Positions 9,826-19,559 of a DNA stretch of 64,000 nucleotides are shown here, piece after piece. This stretch comes from Klebsiella phage ZCKP1, in sequence record MH252123.1, one strand, 5' to 3'. Under the pieces are notes generated by a model. That model searched no databases, had not been told where the DNA came from, and saw only the letters and a list, made by a program, of their open reading frames with translations. Position 1 is the stretch's first letter. Each line of letters opens with the position of its first letter. The translations under genes were made by a program, and so were the position numbers.

Positions 9826-12800
9826 ATGGCAACATTCCCAACGTATCCAGCAACGTCTCTTGAACAGGGCGTAGATCTGGTTATTTTCTCGTCCAATCAA
9901 CTTCATGATGTTATTAATGGAAGTGCGACAGAAAGTATTGAGACAGAATCAGGGTTGATACCAACCCTGAGAAAAGCCCTTGTTGATAACTTTTTCTTTA
10001 AAAGCCCATTGGATTGGGCGCAAGGCACAAATGAAACGGTTTTTAACCAACTACGTTATTTTCAGAATGGGGTATTGAGCGGTTATTATTATGCTCCTAA
10101 TGCTACATTGGTAAACCCAATCCCTATGCAAGGTACTCCAGTAGGAGATAACAACTGGGTATTGTGGGGACTGAAGACAGAACAATTGGCAACAGAAGTC
10201 ACACCTTGGGTATATTCTGGTGCAACTGGTTATGAAACAGTAATCAGTCCTCCTTACATCTTTGATAGTGCTATTGTTACAATCAATGGTGTTATTCAGG
10301 TTCTGGGAGAAGCTTTCCGCATAGAAGATAGTAAAATCATTTTATCTGAACCTTTGGGACATGATCCTGCAACAGGACTGCCAAACAAGCTTTTTGCCTA
10401 TATTGGTAAAATCGTAGCTTCCGCAGATACAGATCCTAACTTAGAAAACCGTCTTGTCAGTTTAGAAACAAAAACTGAAGAACTGACAGAAAGCATGGAT
10501 AAAGTACCTTTACAAACTATTGCTCGTAAATACGGTTTGTTGGATGATGAAGTAGCTTACGCAACAGCGGGTCAATCATTAACAGGGATTAAAGCTCTGT
10601 ATGATCCGGTAGCACAATCTTCCTACACATTGCCTCCTAACATCACAGGGACTTTAACATCTTTGTCTGTTTCTGGAGTAATGACTTATTCTGGCGGATC
10701 TGTAGACCTTTCTGCATTAGCTGTTGAACGTGGACAGTTTGTTCATTTGCCTACAAGCTTTGGTAATAACGTAACTCTGACAGCTAAAAATCAGACGATT
10801 GGGCGTGGTGCTGGTCGCTATCGTTGGGCGGGGAGTTTACCAAAAAGTATTTTAGCTTCTGATACATTGGAAACAAGTGGTGGATTAGGTCCAAATGCAT
10901 GGGTTCTAACTAATACAGAAGGACTGTTAACCCCTCGTGGTGGAACATACAACGATTTATTCGATGTTGTCTACTTGTCAGAATTTGCTAACAATACAAC
11001 TACCTATGCCACACCAGAAGCAGCTTTCCAGGCGGCACTGTTAGCAGCAAAAGCTTCGAAAAGTAAGATTCTCGACGCTTACGGTTGTGATATGACTTTC
11101 ACGACAAGCTCTTTTGATATTCAAGATATCACTTTGCGTGGGGGTGTGTTCCGTGGTCAACGCGACTATCGTGTGCAAAATGCTACAGTAGAAGGCACAA
11201 CTTTCCGTAACTCTCGTGTTATGTATTGGGGTGGTGCTGTGCGCATGTTCGATTGTTTGTGGGACGGTGCTCCTCGCGCAGGTCAAGTTGGTAGCTTGGT
11301 ATTCCAAGGCAACCCAATATCAGGTACTTTTGAAATTGATAATTGTACTTTTAAAAATGGGTTATATGGCATCCTTCAACAAGGAACAGGGGAACCAGTA
11401 ACACGCGGTGTCTTCCGTAACCTTACCTTCATGGACATGCAAGGTGATGCAATAGAACTGAACGTCATCAATAAACATTACGATGATGGTTGTGTGATTG
11501 AGAATATTTACCTGTCTAATATCGATGGGACTAACGCTCCTATTCCTCTGTCCAACTGGGGTATCGGTATCGGTGTAGCTGGTAAAGGACCGTATGGTTA
11601 CGGAATCCCTGATGATCAATATTGCAAGAATATTACAATTCGTAACGTTTTTGCAAAACGTTGTCGTCAGATTGTCCACGTAGAAGTTGGTCGTAATATT
11701 TCTATCGAAAACATTCATGGCGATCCAGATCAAACTGTATCTGTTGGGACAGGTTTGGCAACTGGCGCAGTTGTAATGTATGGAAGTAAAGATTTTACGA
11801 TTGATGGTGTTTACGGAGAGCCTAAAACAGACGGTAGCACACTTGCAAGTAATATCCGTATGATTTATTTGGAGTGGGGAACTAACGCAGTTCTGGACGA
11901 AGAGGGCAATCCGGTAGTTCCGGCACAGGGCAGACCTTCAAACCCATGCTTTAACTATTCTGTTCGTAACATTCACACCAAAACTGGGCGTGTTTTTGCA
12001 GGAGTTTCCGCTGGGCCAGGTTATGAAAACAGAGTCAGCTTTGAGAATATCCGTTGTGCTGCGTTGCAGTTGTTCGGTGTAGCTTCTTGGCTTTCAATGT
12101 CTAACATCACCTGTAATATCTTTGATTGTGTTGGTCAACCTGAATCTGGTCCAGGGACATTTTATGATGGATTCTTCCGTAGAGAAAAATCTGTTCTTGA
12201 GATGGTTAACGTAAACTGTTACCCAGATGGCAAGACTATGGTTACTGGTCGCCCACAGTGGAGCCGTTGCCGTTACTCTGATATTCATCGTGTCAACTGT
12301 AATGTTGAAGCTAATATGTATACCAATATCGCAGGTGGTATTGGAGCTATTGTAGGGACAACTGGCAAAGTTTATTACTTAGAGCCTAACCCTAGCCGAA
12401 ACATTGATGGGATGCATTTCCCAACAGGGAAGGAGTTTGACAAAGGGGATATGATAGTCAAAGCGGATAATACGTTCTTCCTTGTAACAACAAGTGGGGC
12501 ATACATTCCAGATATCCCAGCTTTCGGTATTCGAGCTACACAAGCAGGAGATACCTTCCTGACACAGAACTTGACTCCTAATGGGACAGCAACAAACGCT
12601 TCTTGGTTGTATCACTATCCTCTGTCAGCAGGAACACGTATTCGTATTCCTGGTGCTGGTGTAGGTGGAGCAGATTTGGACACAGTTATTACTCGTGCAC
12701 CTTATCAAGATAATGATACGTGGACTAACCCAGTTAAAATAGACATTGCAGATCCAATTGTAACGCCTACGAGTGCTGGAGTTAGAATCAAAACCATACC

Positions 12801-12879
12801 TAACGATTCTAGTAATGTTTCTGTAGGTAATACTGCGGTTATTCGCCCAACACCAGTGGTAGATGTGCCAACAACCTAA
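9826..12879 (+). CDS. tailspike protein (large, beta-helix-like)
   Basis: 1017 aa with repetitive, beta-rich, Asn/Gly-rich segments typical of parallel beta-helix depolymerase spikes. It lies in the fibre cluster. Confidence 0.65.
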   Translation: MATFPTYPATSLEQGVDLVIFSSNQLHDVINGSATESIETESGLIPTLRKALVDNFFFKSPLDWAQGTNETVFNQLRYFQNGVLSGYYYAPNATLVNPIPMQGTPVGDNNWVLWGLKTEQLATEVTPWVYSGATGYETVISPPYIFDSAIVTINGVIQVLGEAFRIEDSKIILSEPLGHDPATGLPNKLFAYIGKIVASADTDPNLENRLVSLETKTEELTESMDKVPLQTIARKYGLLDDEVAYATAGQSLTGIKALYDPVAQSSYTLPPNITGTLTSLSVSGVMTYSGGSVDLSALAVERGQFVHLPTSFGNNVTLTAKNQTIGRGAGRYRWAGSLPKSILASDTLETSGGLGPNAWVLTNTEGLLTPRGGTYNDLFDVVYLSEFANNTTTYATPEAAFQAALLAAKASKSKILDAYGCDMTFTTSSFDIQDITLRGGVFRGQRDYRVQNATVEGTTFRNSRVMYWGGAVRMFDCLWDGAPRAGQVGSLVFQGNPISGTFEIDNCTFKNGLYGILQQGTGEPVTRGVFRNLTFMDMQGDAIELNVINKHYDDGCVIENIYLSNIDGTNAPIPLSNWGIGIGVAGKGPYGYGIPDDQYCKNITIRNVFAKRCRQIVHVEVGRNISIENIHGDPDQTVSVGTGLATGAVVMYGSKDFTIDGVYGEPKTDGSTLASNIRMIYLEWGTNAVLDEEGNPVVPAQGRPSNPCFNYSVRNIHTKTGRVFAGVSAGPGYENRVSFENIRCAALQLFGVASWLSMSNITCNIFDCVGQPESGPGTFYDGFFRREKSVLEMVNVNCYPDGKTMVTGRPQWSRCRYSDIHRVNCNVEANMYTNIAGGIGAIVGTTGKVYYLEPNPSRNIDGMHFPTGKEFDKGDMIVKADNTFFLVTTSGAYIPDIPAFGIRATQAGDTFLTQNLTPNGTATNASWLYHYPLSAGTRIRIPGAGVGGADLDTVITRAPYQDNDTWTNPVKIDIADPIVTPTSAGVRIKTIPNDSSNVSVGNTAVIRPTPVVDVPTT

Positions 12880-12887
12880 TGGAAATA

Positions 12888-12912
12888 GAGAGGGGGAATC
12901 CCCCTCTTTTTC
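12888..12912 (+). terminator. rho-independent terminator
   Basis: Stem AGAGGGGG aat CCCCCTCT followed by TTTTCC. Confidence 0.6.
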
Positions 12913-12943
12913 CAATAGAATGGTCTAATAATAGGAGAGATAA

Positions 12944-14968
12944 ATGAATTTAACAAGACCTAATAGTGCGATAGCCGATCTAGTAGAAGCTACTTATCGA
13001 AAACGTCGCAGTTTTGAGGCAGGTTTTACATTACGTAATTCCCGTGAAGTTTTGCTGTTAGCGGCAGAAGGGAATTATTACCAATGGAAAGGAACTTTTC
13101 CTAAAGTAGTTCCAGCAAACTCTACGCCAGCCACCACAGGTGGTATTTCTTCCCTTGCATGGCAAAGTGTTGGGACCGCTGATGATATAGCAATTATCAA
13201 TGCCAAGTTTACGGCAATGCAGCAACAGATTGATGATCTGTCGGAAACAATACCTGAAGCTGGTAAATCGGCTTATCAGATCGCACTTGATAATGGTTTT
13301 GTTGGAACAGAAGCACAATGGCTTGCTTCTTTGAAAGGGGATACTGGTGCTCAACTTAATATTAAAGGATCATTAGCAAGCACTAGTGAACTACCATCCA
13401 CAGGTAACGTTGCAGGGGATGGTTATATCGTAGGTGATGTAATCTACGCTTGGGATGGTTCTGTTTGGAAACTTATTTCTTCTCTTGGACCAGAAGGGAA
13501 ATCAGCTTATGAGTTATGGTTGGCAGATGGTAATACAGGATCTGTTTATGATTTTCTTACCTCTATAAAAGGTGATAAAGGTGATGTTGGTCCTACAGGG
13601 CCACAGGGAGCACCTGGTGTTAACGCCAACGGTTTTGATTATCGTGGGGATTTGCCTTCTACAAGTAACTTACCACAACCTAACTCTGAAAACGTAAGCC
13701 AAGCTTATTCTATCAATGGTAATCTTTATGTCTCTAACGGGACAGCTTGGGTCAACATGGGTAATATTGTTGGTCCTCAAGGTCCACAAGGTGAGGCAGG
13801 TAAAGACGGTCTTGATGGAACAGATGGAGATGAAGGGAAATCTGCATATCAAAGTTGGCTGGATGCTGGTAATGAAGGGACAGAAGTAGATTTTATTGCC
13901 TCACTTAAAGGTCCAAAAGGAGACAAGGGTGATCAAGGAGAGCGAGGTCCACAAGGTGAACTAGGTCCACAAGGACCAGTGGGTGCAACAGGATCAGGCT
14001 TAGAGGTTATCGGGGTTCTGAACAGTGAAGCTGAACTTCCTCCTACTGGAGAAGTAGGCGATGCATATAAAATTAATAATGATTTGTATGTTTGGGTTCA
14101 AGATGCTACAGAATGGATGAATGTTGGCAGTCTTGGAGGAACATCAATTACAGCCAAAGGTCATGTTCCGAACAGCGAGGCTCTCCCTGTTTATAATAAC
14201 TATGGTGATGCCTACTTAACTGAGGACACTAGTAATCTTTACATCTATACCTACGATCAAGACACCAACTCCGCATCTTTTGTTGACATGGGAAGTATTA
14301 AAGGTGACAAAGGTGAAAAAGGGGATAAAGGAGATAAGGGCGATCCTGGAACAAACGGAACCAACGGTACTGATGGAACCAACGGCAAGGACGGCGCACA
14401 GTGGTTTGTAGCAACAACTAATCCAGTCACAGGGGATGGTGTTATCAATGATTACGCCTTCAATACTACCACTGGGGCAGTGTTTAAGAAAACAGATTCT
14501 TCTACGTGGACACTTATAGGAACTCTTCCTAGTATACCAGAAGCCCCTCAAGACGGCTTGACGTATGGTCGTTCTGATGGAAACTGGATCGAAATATCAG
14601 GATCAGATCCTACGGAAGCTATAACACCAACTAGAGTTACAGCAGGTTTCATGGAACTTGAAACAACCACTGCCAACTCTGGAGCATCTTGGACTCCTTC
14701 TGGAACTTCCAATATGTATGTTGTTACAGTAACTGATGCTTTGACAGTTGGAGCATGGCCTGGTGTTACTGGCTCTACAAAACCTAAAGCGTTTTCAGCA
14801 ATGATTTATTTGATTCAAGATACAACGGGACACACGGTTACACTAGATGCGTCTTATGGAGCACTAAATGATACAGAAATAGCAACTACTGCTAACGCAG
14901 TAACAATTTTGCAATTAACGTATCCTGGTGTGGGTGATATCGTGGACATGGTTGTTGTAACACGATAA
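12944..14968 (+). CDS. collagen-like tail fibre protein
   Basis: 674 aa with several Gly-X-Y triplet runs (GDKGDVGPTGPQGAPG, GPKGDKGDQGERGPQGELGPQGPVGATG, GDKGEKGDKGDKGDPGTNGTNGTDGTNGKDG). It shares the N-terminal FPKVVPANSTPATTGGI motif with the ORF at 2301. Confidence 0.75.
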   Translation: MNLTRPNSAIADLVEATYRKRRSFEAGFTLRNSREVLLLAAEGNYYQWKGTFPKVVPANSTPATTGGISSLAWQSVGTADDIAIINAKFTAMQQQIDDLSETIPEAGKSAYQIALDNGFVGTEAQWLASLKGDTGAQLNIKGSLASTSELPSTGNVAGDGYIVGDVIYAWDGSVWKLISSLGPEGKSAYELWLADGNTGSVYDFLTSIKGDKGDVGPTGPQGAPGVNANGFDYRGDLPSTSNLPQPNSENVSQAYSINGNLYVSNGTAWVNMGNIVGPQGPQGEAGKDGLDGTDGDEGKSAYQSWLDAGNEGTEVDFIASLKGPKGDKGDQGERGPQGELGPQGPVGATGSGLEVIGVLNSEAELPPTGEVGDAYKINNDLYVWVQDATEWMNVGSLGGTSITAKGHVPNSEALPVYNNYGDAYLTEDTSNLYIYTYDQDTNSASFVDMGSIKGDKGEKGDKGDKGDPGTNGTNGTDGTNGKDGAQWFVATTNPVTGDGVINDYAFNTTTGAVFKKTDSSTWTLIGTLPSIPEAPQDGLTYGRSDGNWIEISGSDPTEAITPTRVTAGFMELETTTANSGASWTPSGTSNMYVVTVTDALTVGAWPGVTGSTKPKAFSAMIYLIQDTTGHTVTLDASYGALNDTEIATTANAVTILQLTYPGVGDIVDMVVVTR

Positions 14969-14972
14969 CAGA

Positions 14973-14997
14973 AGCCCCGAAAGGGGCTTTCTTTTTA
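14973..14997 (+). terminator. rho-independent terminator
   Basis: Stem AAGCCCC gaa AGGGGCTT followed by TCTTTTTAT. Confidence 0.6.
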
Positions 14998-15009
14998 TGG
15001 AGGGTTTAA

Positions 15010-17676
15010 ATGTTTCCAATTCCAATATTTACTATTATGACCAGCACTGGTGTCGTTCCTCTGCCAGCAGGTATTGTTAAAAAAGTAATCACTTTAGATT
15101 ACCCAGATAATGCTGGTAATTCTAACAGCAGTTTAGCAATTTTGCTTAATGATGGTAGATTGTTTACTCAAGGCACAAACCTTTTTGGTGAGATTGCAGA
15201 TGGAACTCGTAGTGCACGATTCAATAATTTCTACTTAGCTTCTACTGTAGTAGCGGATGTGTTTACCGCAGATCGTTGTTTTGTTATTAAAACTAACAGT
15301 GGAGGATGGCAATATTCAGGATTGACAGCAGGGTTGGTAGGATCTATAGCAGCAGGTGGTACGGATGCATGTGTAACTACTTGGACCAGCTTTCCATCTG
15401 TAATAACGGGGACTATCTCTTTAGCTAATCTTAAAGAGGTTAAGGGAGGATATAACAACACTCTCTGGTTAATGAATAGTGGTGTTCTTTATGGATCGGG
15501 TCAAAACACAGTAGGCAGTTTAGGTGCAAGTACTACTAACGAAGTTTCTACTCCTCGTCAAATAACGAGTGCAGCAGTTGCTTTTGATGCAGGTTACAAC
15601 CAATGCTCTTATGTCAACAATGTGGGAACCTTGCGTGTTTGTGGAGCCAGCAAAGGTTTAGCAGGTAATAATAACACAACAAAAGCTTTTATAAATGCTA
15701 CGATATCCACTACTGAAACAGTGTATGTCAAAGATTACATCAATACCGTTTCCCAGACAATAGTTGTAGGGGATACCTCCGGTGGAACTGGTACAACAAA
15801 CTACCTTTATGTTAGATCTAATACAGAAACAACCTACACTAAACTGGATACCTTTGCAGCAGGTTTCTCAACATGGAAGTTTCCACCGAGCCGCCACTCT
15901 TTTTTCGTTGGGATTAATAATTCCTTGTGGGCTATTGGTAAGAACTATACGGCAAACTTAGGTCTGGGGTATGATTCTGCGAGCGGAGATCCGCTCCAAG
16001 TGGGAAAACCAGTTAAACCTGAAGGAGTGGGTTCCTGGGATATAAACAAGCTCACAAGCGTTCATACGCTGAATATGGATGTTACTAACCAATTAGGTTA
16101 TCAAGGAACATTTTTCGTTTATAATGGAAATATGTATTATTCCGGTATTTGGAAAGACGGGAAAGCGTCATATCTGTTCAATAGTGGTCTAAACTATAAT
16201 AAATTCACACCGATAGCAAGCTCCGTGATTACGGGTGATATTCTGGCAACTGGCTTAACTACAGATTCTTTAGGAATTTGTATTGTAGGCGGAACTAAAC
16301 AGTTGACACATTCTGTTAGCCCAGAAGGAGGTAAACTTTTCAATATTAAATACACTTCTTCTGCCCCTGCAAACATGACAATATCATCTGCTGGTTTAAT
16401 GACTTTCCATGCAGAAGGTGGTTTTGATGCAGGTATGACAGCCTTAAACGCTGAAGGAACAACTTTATCAGATACCTCTGGAGGATATGCTTCAACATTG
16501 AGCGTTTACACCCCTAGCTTATCTGCGATGGATGTAGGAACAACACAAACAATGGTAGCAGAAATAACGCCAACAGGAGCAGCAAGCTTACCTGGTATGG
16601 TTGTTGAGTATTTCTCTAATGACCCTACGGTAGCAACAGTTGACCCCGTTACAGGCGTTATTACAGCGATTGCTGATGGGGATTGTCGTATCGGTTGTAG
16701 AGCAACTTATCAAGGTGTGGTAACTGCCGAAGATAGTTCTTATCTCGCAGTGAATGCTGTGGTGATTGTGATGGATTATGATTTGACGCAAGAAACTCTT
16801 CCATCGGGTGTTCAGGCTAATGGTGGGAACTCTTTTGCTCGTGCTTCTGGAGATATACTTGTAGCCACTAACACCTTGGTTGCTCCGTTGGAGTATGTTG
16901 GTACTACCCCTGCAGGTAGACGTGTAACAGCTAACACAGCTTCACAAATTTTTGTCAACAATGCCTTAACAAGTGCAAGCCCGTGGGTAAAGACCAACTT
17001 AACTGTTGCAGCTTCATCTGATAACTCTCCGGCTGGAACTACTGCCAATGTATTCAAATTAACTCCGACTACAACCTCTGGTAGTCATATCTTAACTGCA
17101 ACATATACTAACGCGTACAACATATATGCCGGACGTAACTGGTCTGCCTCTGTTTTCTTGAAAGCGAACGGGATTACTAAGGCCAAACTTAGACTAACAG
17201 CAGGAACAGAAATTAATGAGGGTACTTTTGATTTAGCAGCAGGCACATTCACAGGAAGTGAAGCTAATATTATATCTATGGGCAACGGTTGGTATCGTGC
17301 TATTCTGCATAAAACAGGGATAGCCAAACAGTCCTTCATAAGTTTTGAAATAATTGCCTTGGATGCAACTGGTGCGGAGATTTTCGCTGGAGATGGTACT
17401 AGTAACCTTGCAGTTTGGTTGCCACAGCTTGAAGGTGCTCCTACAGGAGAAACATCAAAAGCTGGATCGCCTTATGTCTGCACATATCCTGGAAATTTAG
17501 GAGCAGTATCCTTCACTATACCAAGGAACGGACATACTGGTGTAGATGTTTACTATTCCAACGGGGATGTTGTTCGTGATGTATTCTCTGGCACAGCATC
17601 TACTTGGACAATAGACTACTCCAGCTTGTACGATTGGGGATCAGTCTTTATTACAGGTTTGAAATATTACGACTAA
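15010..17676 (+). CDS. tail fibre protein with a bacterial Ig-like (Big_2-like) domain
   Basis: 888 aa, Thr/Gly/Ser-rich and beta-rich. An Ig-like segment runs around residues 500-590 (DPTVATVDPVTGVITAIADGDCRIGCRATYQGVVTAEDS). Confidence 0.6.
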   Translation: MFPIPIFTIMTSTGVVPLPAGIVKKVITLDYPDNAGNSNSSLAILLNDGRLFTQGTNLFGEIADGTRSARFNNFYLASTVVADVFTADRCFVIKTNSGGWQYSGLTAGLVGSIAAGGTDACVTTWTSFPSVITGTISLANLKEVKGGYNNTLWLMNSGVLYGSGQNTVGSLGASTTNEVSTPRQITSAAVAFDAGYNQCSYVNNVGTLRVCGASKGLAGNNNTTKAFINATISTTETVYVKDYINTVSQTIVVGDTSGGTGTTNYLYVRSNTETTYTKLDTFAAGFSTWKFPPSRHSFFVGINNSLWAIGKNYTANLGLGYDSASGDPLQVGKPVKPEGVGSWDINKLTSVHTLNMDVTNQLGYQGTFFVYNGNMYYSGIWKDGKASYLFNSGLNYNKFTPIASSVITGDILATGLTTDSLGICIVGGTKQLTHSVSPEGGKLFNIKYTSSAPANMTISSAGLMTFHAEGGFDAGMTALNAEGTTLSDTSGGYASTLSVYTPSLSAMDVGTTQTMVAEITPTGAASLPGMVVEYFSNDPTVATVDPVTGVITAIADGDCRIGCRATYQGVVTAEDSSYLAVNAVVIVMDYDLTQETLPSGVQANGGNSFARASGDILVATNTLVAPLEYVGTTPAGRRVTANTASQIFVNNALTSASPWVKTNLTVAASSDNSPAGTTANVFKLTPTTTSGSHILTATYTNAYNIYAGRNWSASVFLKANGITKAKLRLTAGTEINEGTFDLAAGTFTGSEANIISMGNGWYRAILHKTGIAKQSFISFEIIALDATGAEIFAGDGTSNLAVWLPQLEGAPTGETSKAGSPYVCTYPGNLGAVSFTIPRNGHTGVDVYYSNGDVVRDVFSGTASTWTIDYSSLYDWGSVFITGLKYYD

Positions 17677-17680
17677 TAAA

Positions 17681-17712
17681 AAAGGAGCCATTAGGCTCCT
17701 TTTCTTTTATTC
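17681..17712. terminator. bidirectional rho-independent terminator at a convergence point
   Basis: Stem AAAAAGGAGCC atta GGCTCCTTTT flanked by A-runs upstream and T-runs downstream. It separates the + late operon from the - strand genes. Confidence 0.65.
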
Positions 17713-18201
17713 AGCGTTCAATCCTTCACCATGTTCTTGATGCCAAGCCTCATGGTGTAGAGGACACAGCCATAGAACATCTAACGGTTTATCATAATCA
17801 CAATGATGAGCATGAACATCAACAGACCCACACACTTGGCAAGGTTGTTTTATTAACTTTCCATCTCGTAGTGCGTTACCTACAGCTATATGAGCAGAAC
17901 GTTTTTTCGGATTCTTTTCGATGTAACGTTTCTTAGCTTCATTAGCCTTATCTTTACCTTTCCCTTTTGCGTAAGCCTCTTTCAAAGCTTTGCGCTCTGG
18001 GGTCTGATCTCTGTTTTTATCATACTCTTTGTAATATTCAGATTTATCTTTACGATTCTGTTTAACATCTTTCTTATTACATTCTTTGCATTTATTGACG
18101 TGACCGTCAGCCATAGCTTTATGTTTGTAAAATTCAGTGAGGGGCTTTAACACCCCACACTTGAAACAAACCTTAGAAGCAATGCAGGAAGTTTCGACCA
18201 T
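17707..18201 (-). CDS. HNH homing-type endonuclease
   Basis: A Zn finger (CFKCG...CKEC) is followed by the HNH motif HHCDYDKPLDVLWLCPLHHEAWH. The start was moved to the internal ATG (MVETS) at 18199-18201. The N-terminal extension in the ORF track is low-complexity. Confidence 0.6.
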   Translation of the reverse strand: MVETSCIASKVCFKCGVLKPLTEFYKHKAMADGHVNKCKECNKKDVKQNRKDKSEYYKEYDKNRDQTPERKALKEAYAKGKGKDKANEAKKRYIEKNPKKRSAHIAVGNALRDGKLIKQPCQVCGSVDVHAHHCDYDKPLDVLWLCPLHHEAWHQEHGEGLNAE

Positions 18202-19105
18202 ATTGCAGTCCAATAGGGGCAAATGGAATATCATCGTCGAAGTCCATTGGAGGTTCTTCTTGATTACTTGGGGTTGGTTCTGGTTGTGGTTCAGGTTTCT
18301 TAACTTCTTTCTTCTCTTCTTTCTTAGGTTGTTCTGCGGAACCACGAATGGCAGCAGCAACTTTATCAGACAGAGCCAGAACTTTACGAGCAGAATCAAT
18401 CAGATCTTCTACAGAGACAGTCTTAATGGTATGGTCTTTACAAGCATTGAGAATAGCGTGACCAACAGATGCCCCAAGATCATAATCATTAATATCAACA
18501 CCACGAGATTCAGCAATTTCCGATTTCAGCGTGACAGTTGCAGATTGAACAACCCCAGCGATATCGAAAGCATCGCCTTTAACACCATTACGAATCAGTT
18601 CCAGTGCACCATTTACTGCGTGACCAGTTTCCAGACCTACAGTATCACGTTTTTTATAGGACTGCTTAGGAGCAGCATCGTTGGAACCCTTATTGCCAGA
18701 AGATTTGTTAGACTTCTGAACACCATCGGTAGACAATACTGTAATACGAGATTTTTTAGTATTGTAGTAAGTTTTACCGCCTTTATTGTCAACGCGATCA
18801 ATATCAATACTTACTTCTACACCTTTTTCAATAGTGATCCAGTTATCACCTTCTTTGACTTGCAGGTTTTCATAACCTTCTTTCAGTTCAATGTCACCAA
18901 GAGAAATCCAAACACCTTTCTCCTCTGGTTTAGCACCTTTCTCTTTCAGAACAAGAGAAGCTCGGTGAGTTGAAACAATCGTTTTTCCTTCCCAATGAAA
19001 AGTTTTAGGTTCAGCGAATTTATCCAGTTTAACGTAGTCTACGATACCAGTTGCATAAGTTACGGTTTTGCCTTTACGATCAGTTTCAGTATTAATTACG
19101 GACAT
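18173..19105 (-). CDS. single-stranded DNA-binding protein (putative)
   Basis: 310 aa with an acidic SSB-type tail motif (MDFDDDIPF) near the C-terminus and a preceding Pro/Glu/Lys-rich linker. It is the first gene of the replication module. Confidence 0.5.
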   Translation of the reverse strand: MSVINTETDRKGKTVTYATGIVDYVKLDKFAEPKTFHWEGKTIVSTHRASLVLKEKGAKPEEKGVWISLGDIELKEGYENLQVKEGDNWITIEKGVEVSIDIDRVDNKGGKTYYNTKKSRITVLSTDGVQKSNKSSGNKGSNDAAPKQSYKKRDTVGLETGHAVNGALELIRNGVKGDAFDIAGVVQSATVTLKSEIAESRGVDINDYDLGASVGHAILNACKDHTIKTVSVEDLIDSARKVLALSDKVAAAIRGSAEQPKKEEKKEVKKPEPQPEPTPSNQEEPPMDFDDDIPFAPIGLQYGRNFLHCF

Positions 19106-19121
19106 TATTATCTCCTCTATA

Positions 19122-19514
19122 TTACATTAATTTTGCACAGAAAAAGCGGAGTCTTTCCATATCATCTTGCTCTAACAGGTATTTACCTTTACCTATTCCA
19201 ACTCCAATTTCACCGTTAGGGAAATGAACTATTTGCACTGGAAAACCTCCGAGTTTAATTGTGGCAGCTTTGCCTTCTTCGTCTATAACGTTTCGGATTG
19301 TATCTTGCAGTGAAATGAATTCTTTGTTTGTAACAGTGGTTTCAATTATTTCAGATGTTTCAACACGAGCAGTTAGCTTCTTGTTTCCACCTTGAATAAC
19401 CAAAATTTGAAAATAAAAAGAGTTGTCAAGACCTACAACATTTTTCTCAACTAGTGTTAAACTGGTATAATTTCCATAAACAGTTTCAACAGCTATCTTA
19501 GAACGTTCAGTCAT
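19122..19514 (-). CDS. hypothetical protein
   Basis: 130 aa ORF with an RBS. Confidence 0.4.
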   Translation of the reverse strand: MTERSKIAVETVYGNYTSLTLVEKNVVGLDNSFYFQILVIQGGNKKLTARVETSEIIETTVTNKEFISLQDTIRNVIDEEGKAATIKLGGFPVQIVHFPNGEIGVGIGKGKYLLEQDDMERLRFFCAKLM

Positions 19515-19559
19515 TGAATGCTATCCTATCATAAAATGTTTAATATTGTCAAGCTTTAA

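Noticed and set aside
17604-17936. 110-aa + strand ORF starting inside the tail fibre gene end
   Set aside because: It runs through the bidirectional terminator and antisense to the HNH gene. It is implausible as a gene.
18137-18973. 278-aa + strand ORF
   Set aside because: It is entirely antisense to the SSB-like gene, its translation is low-complexity, and it has no RBS.
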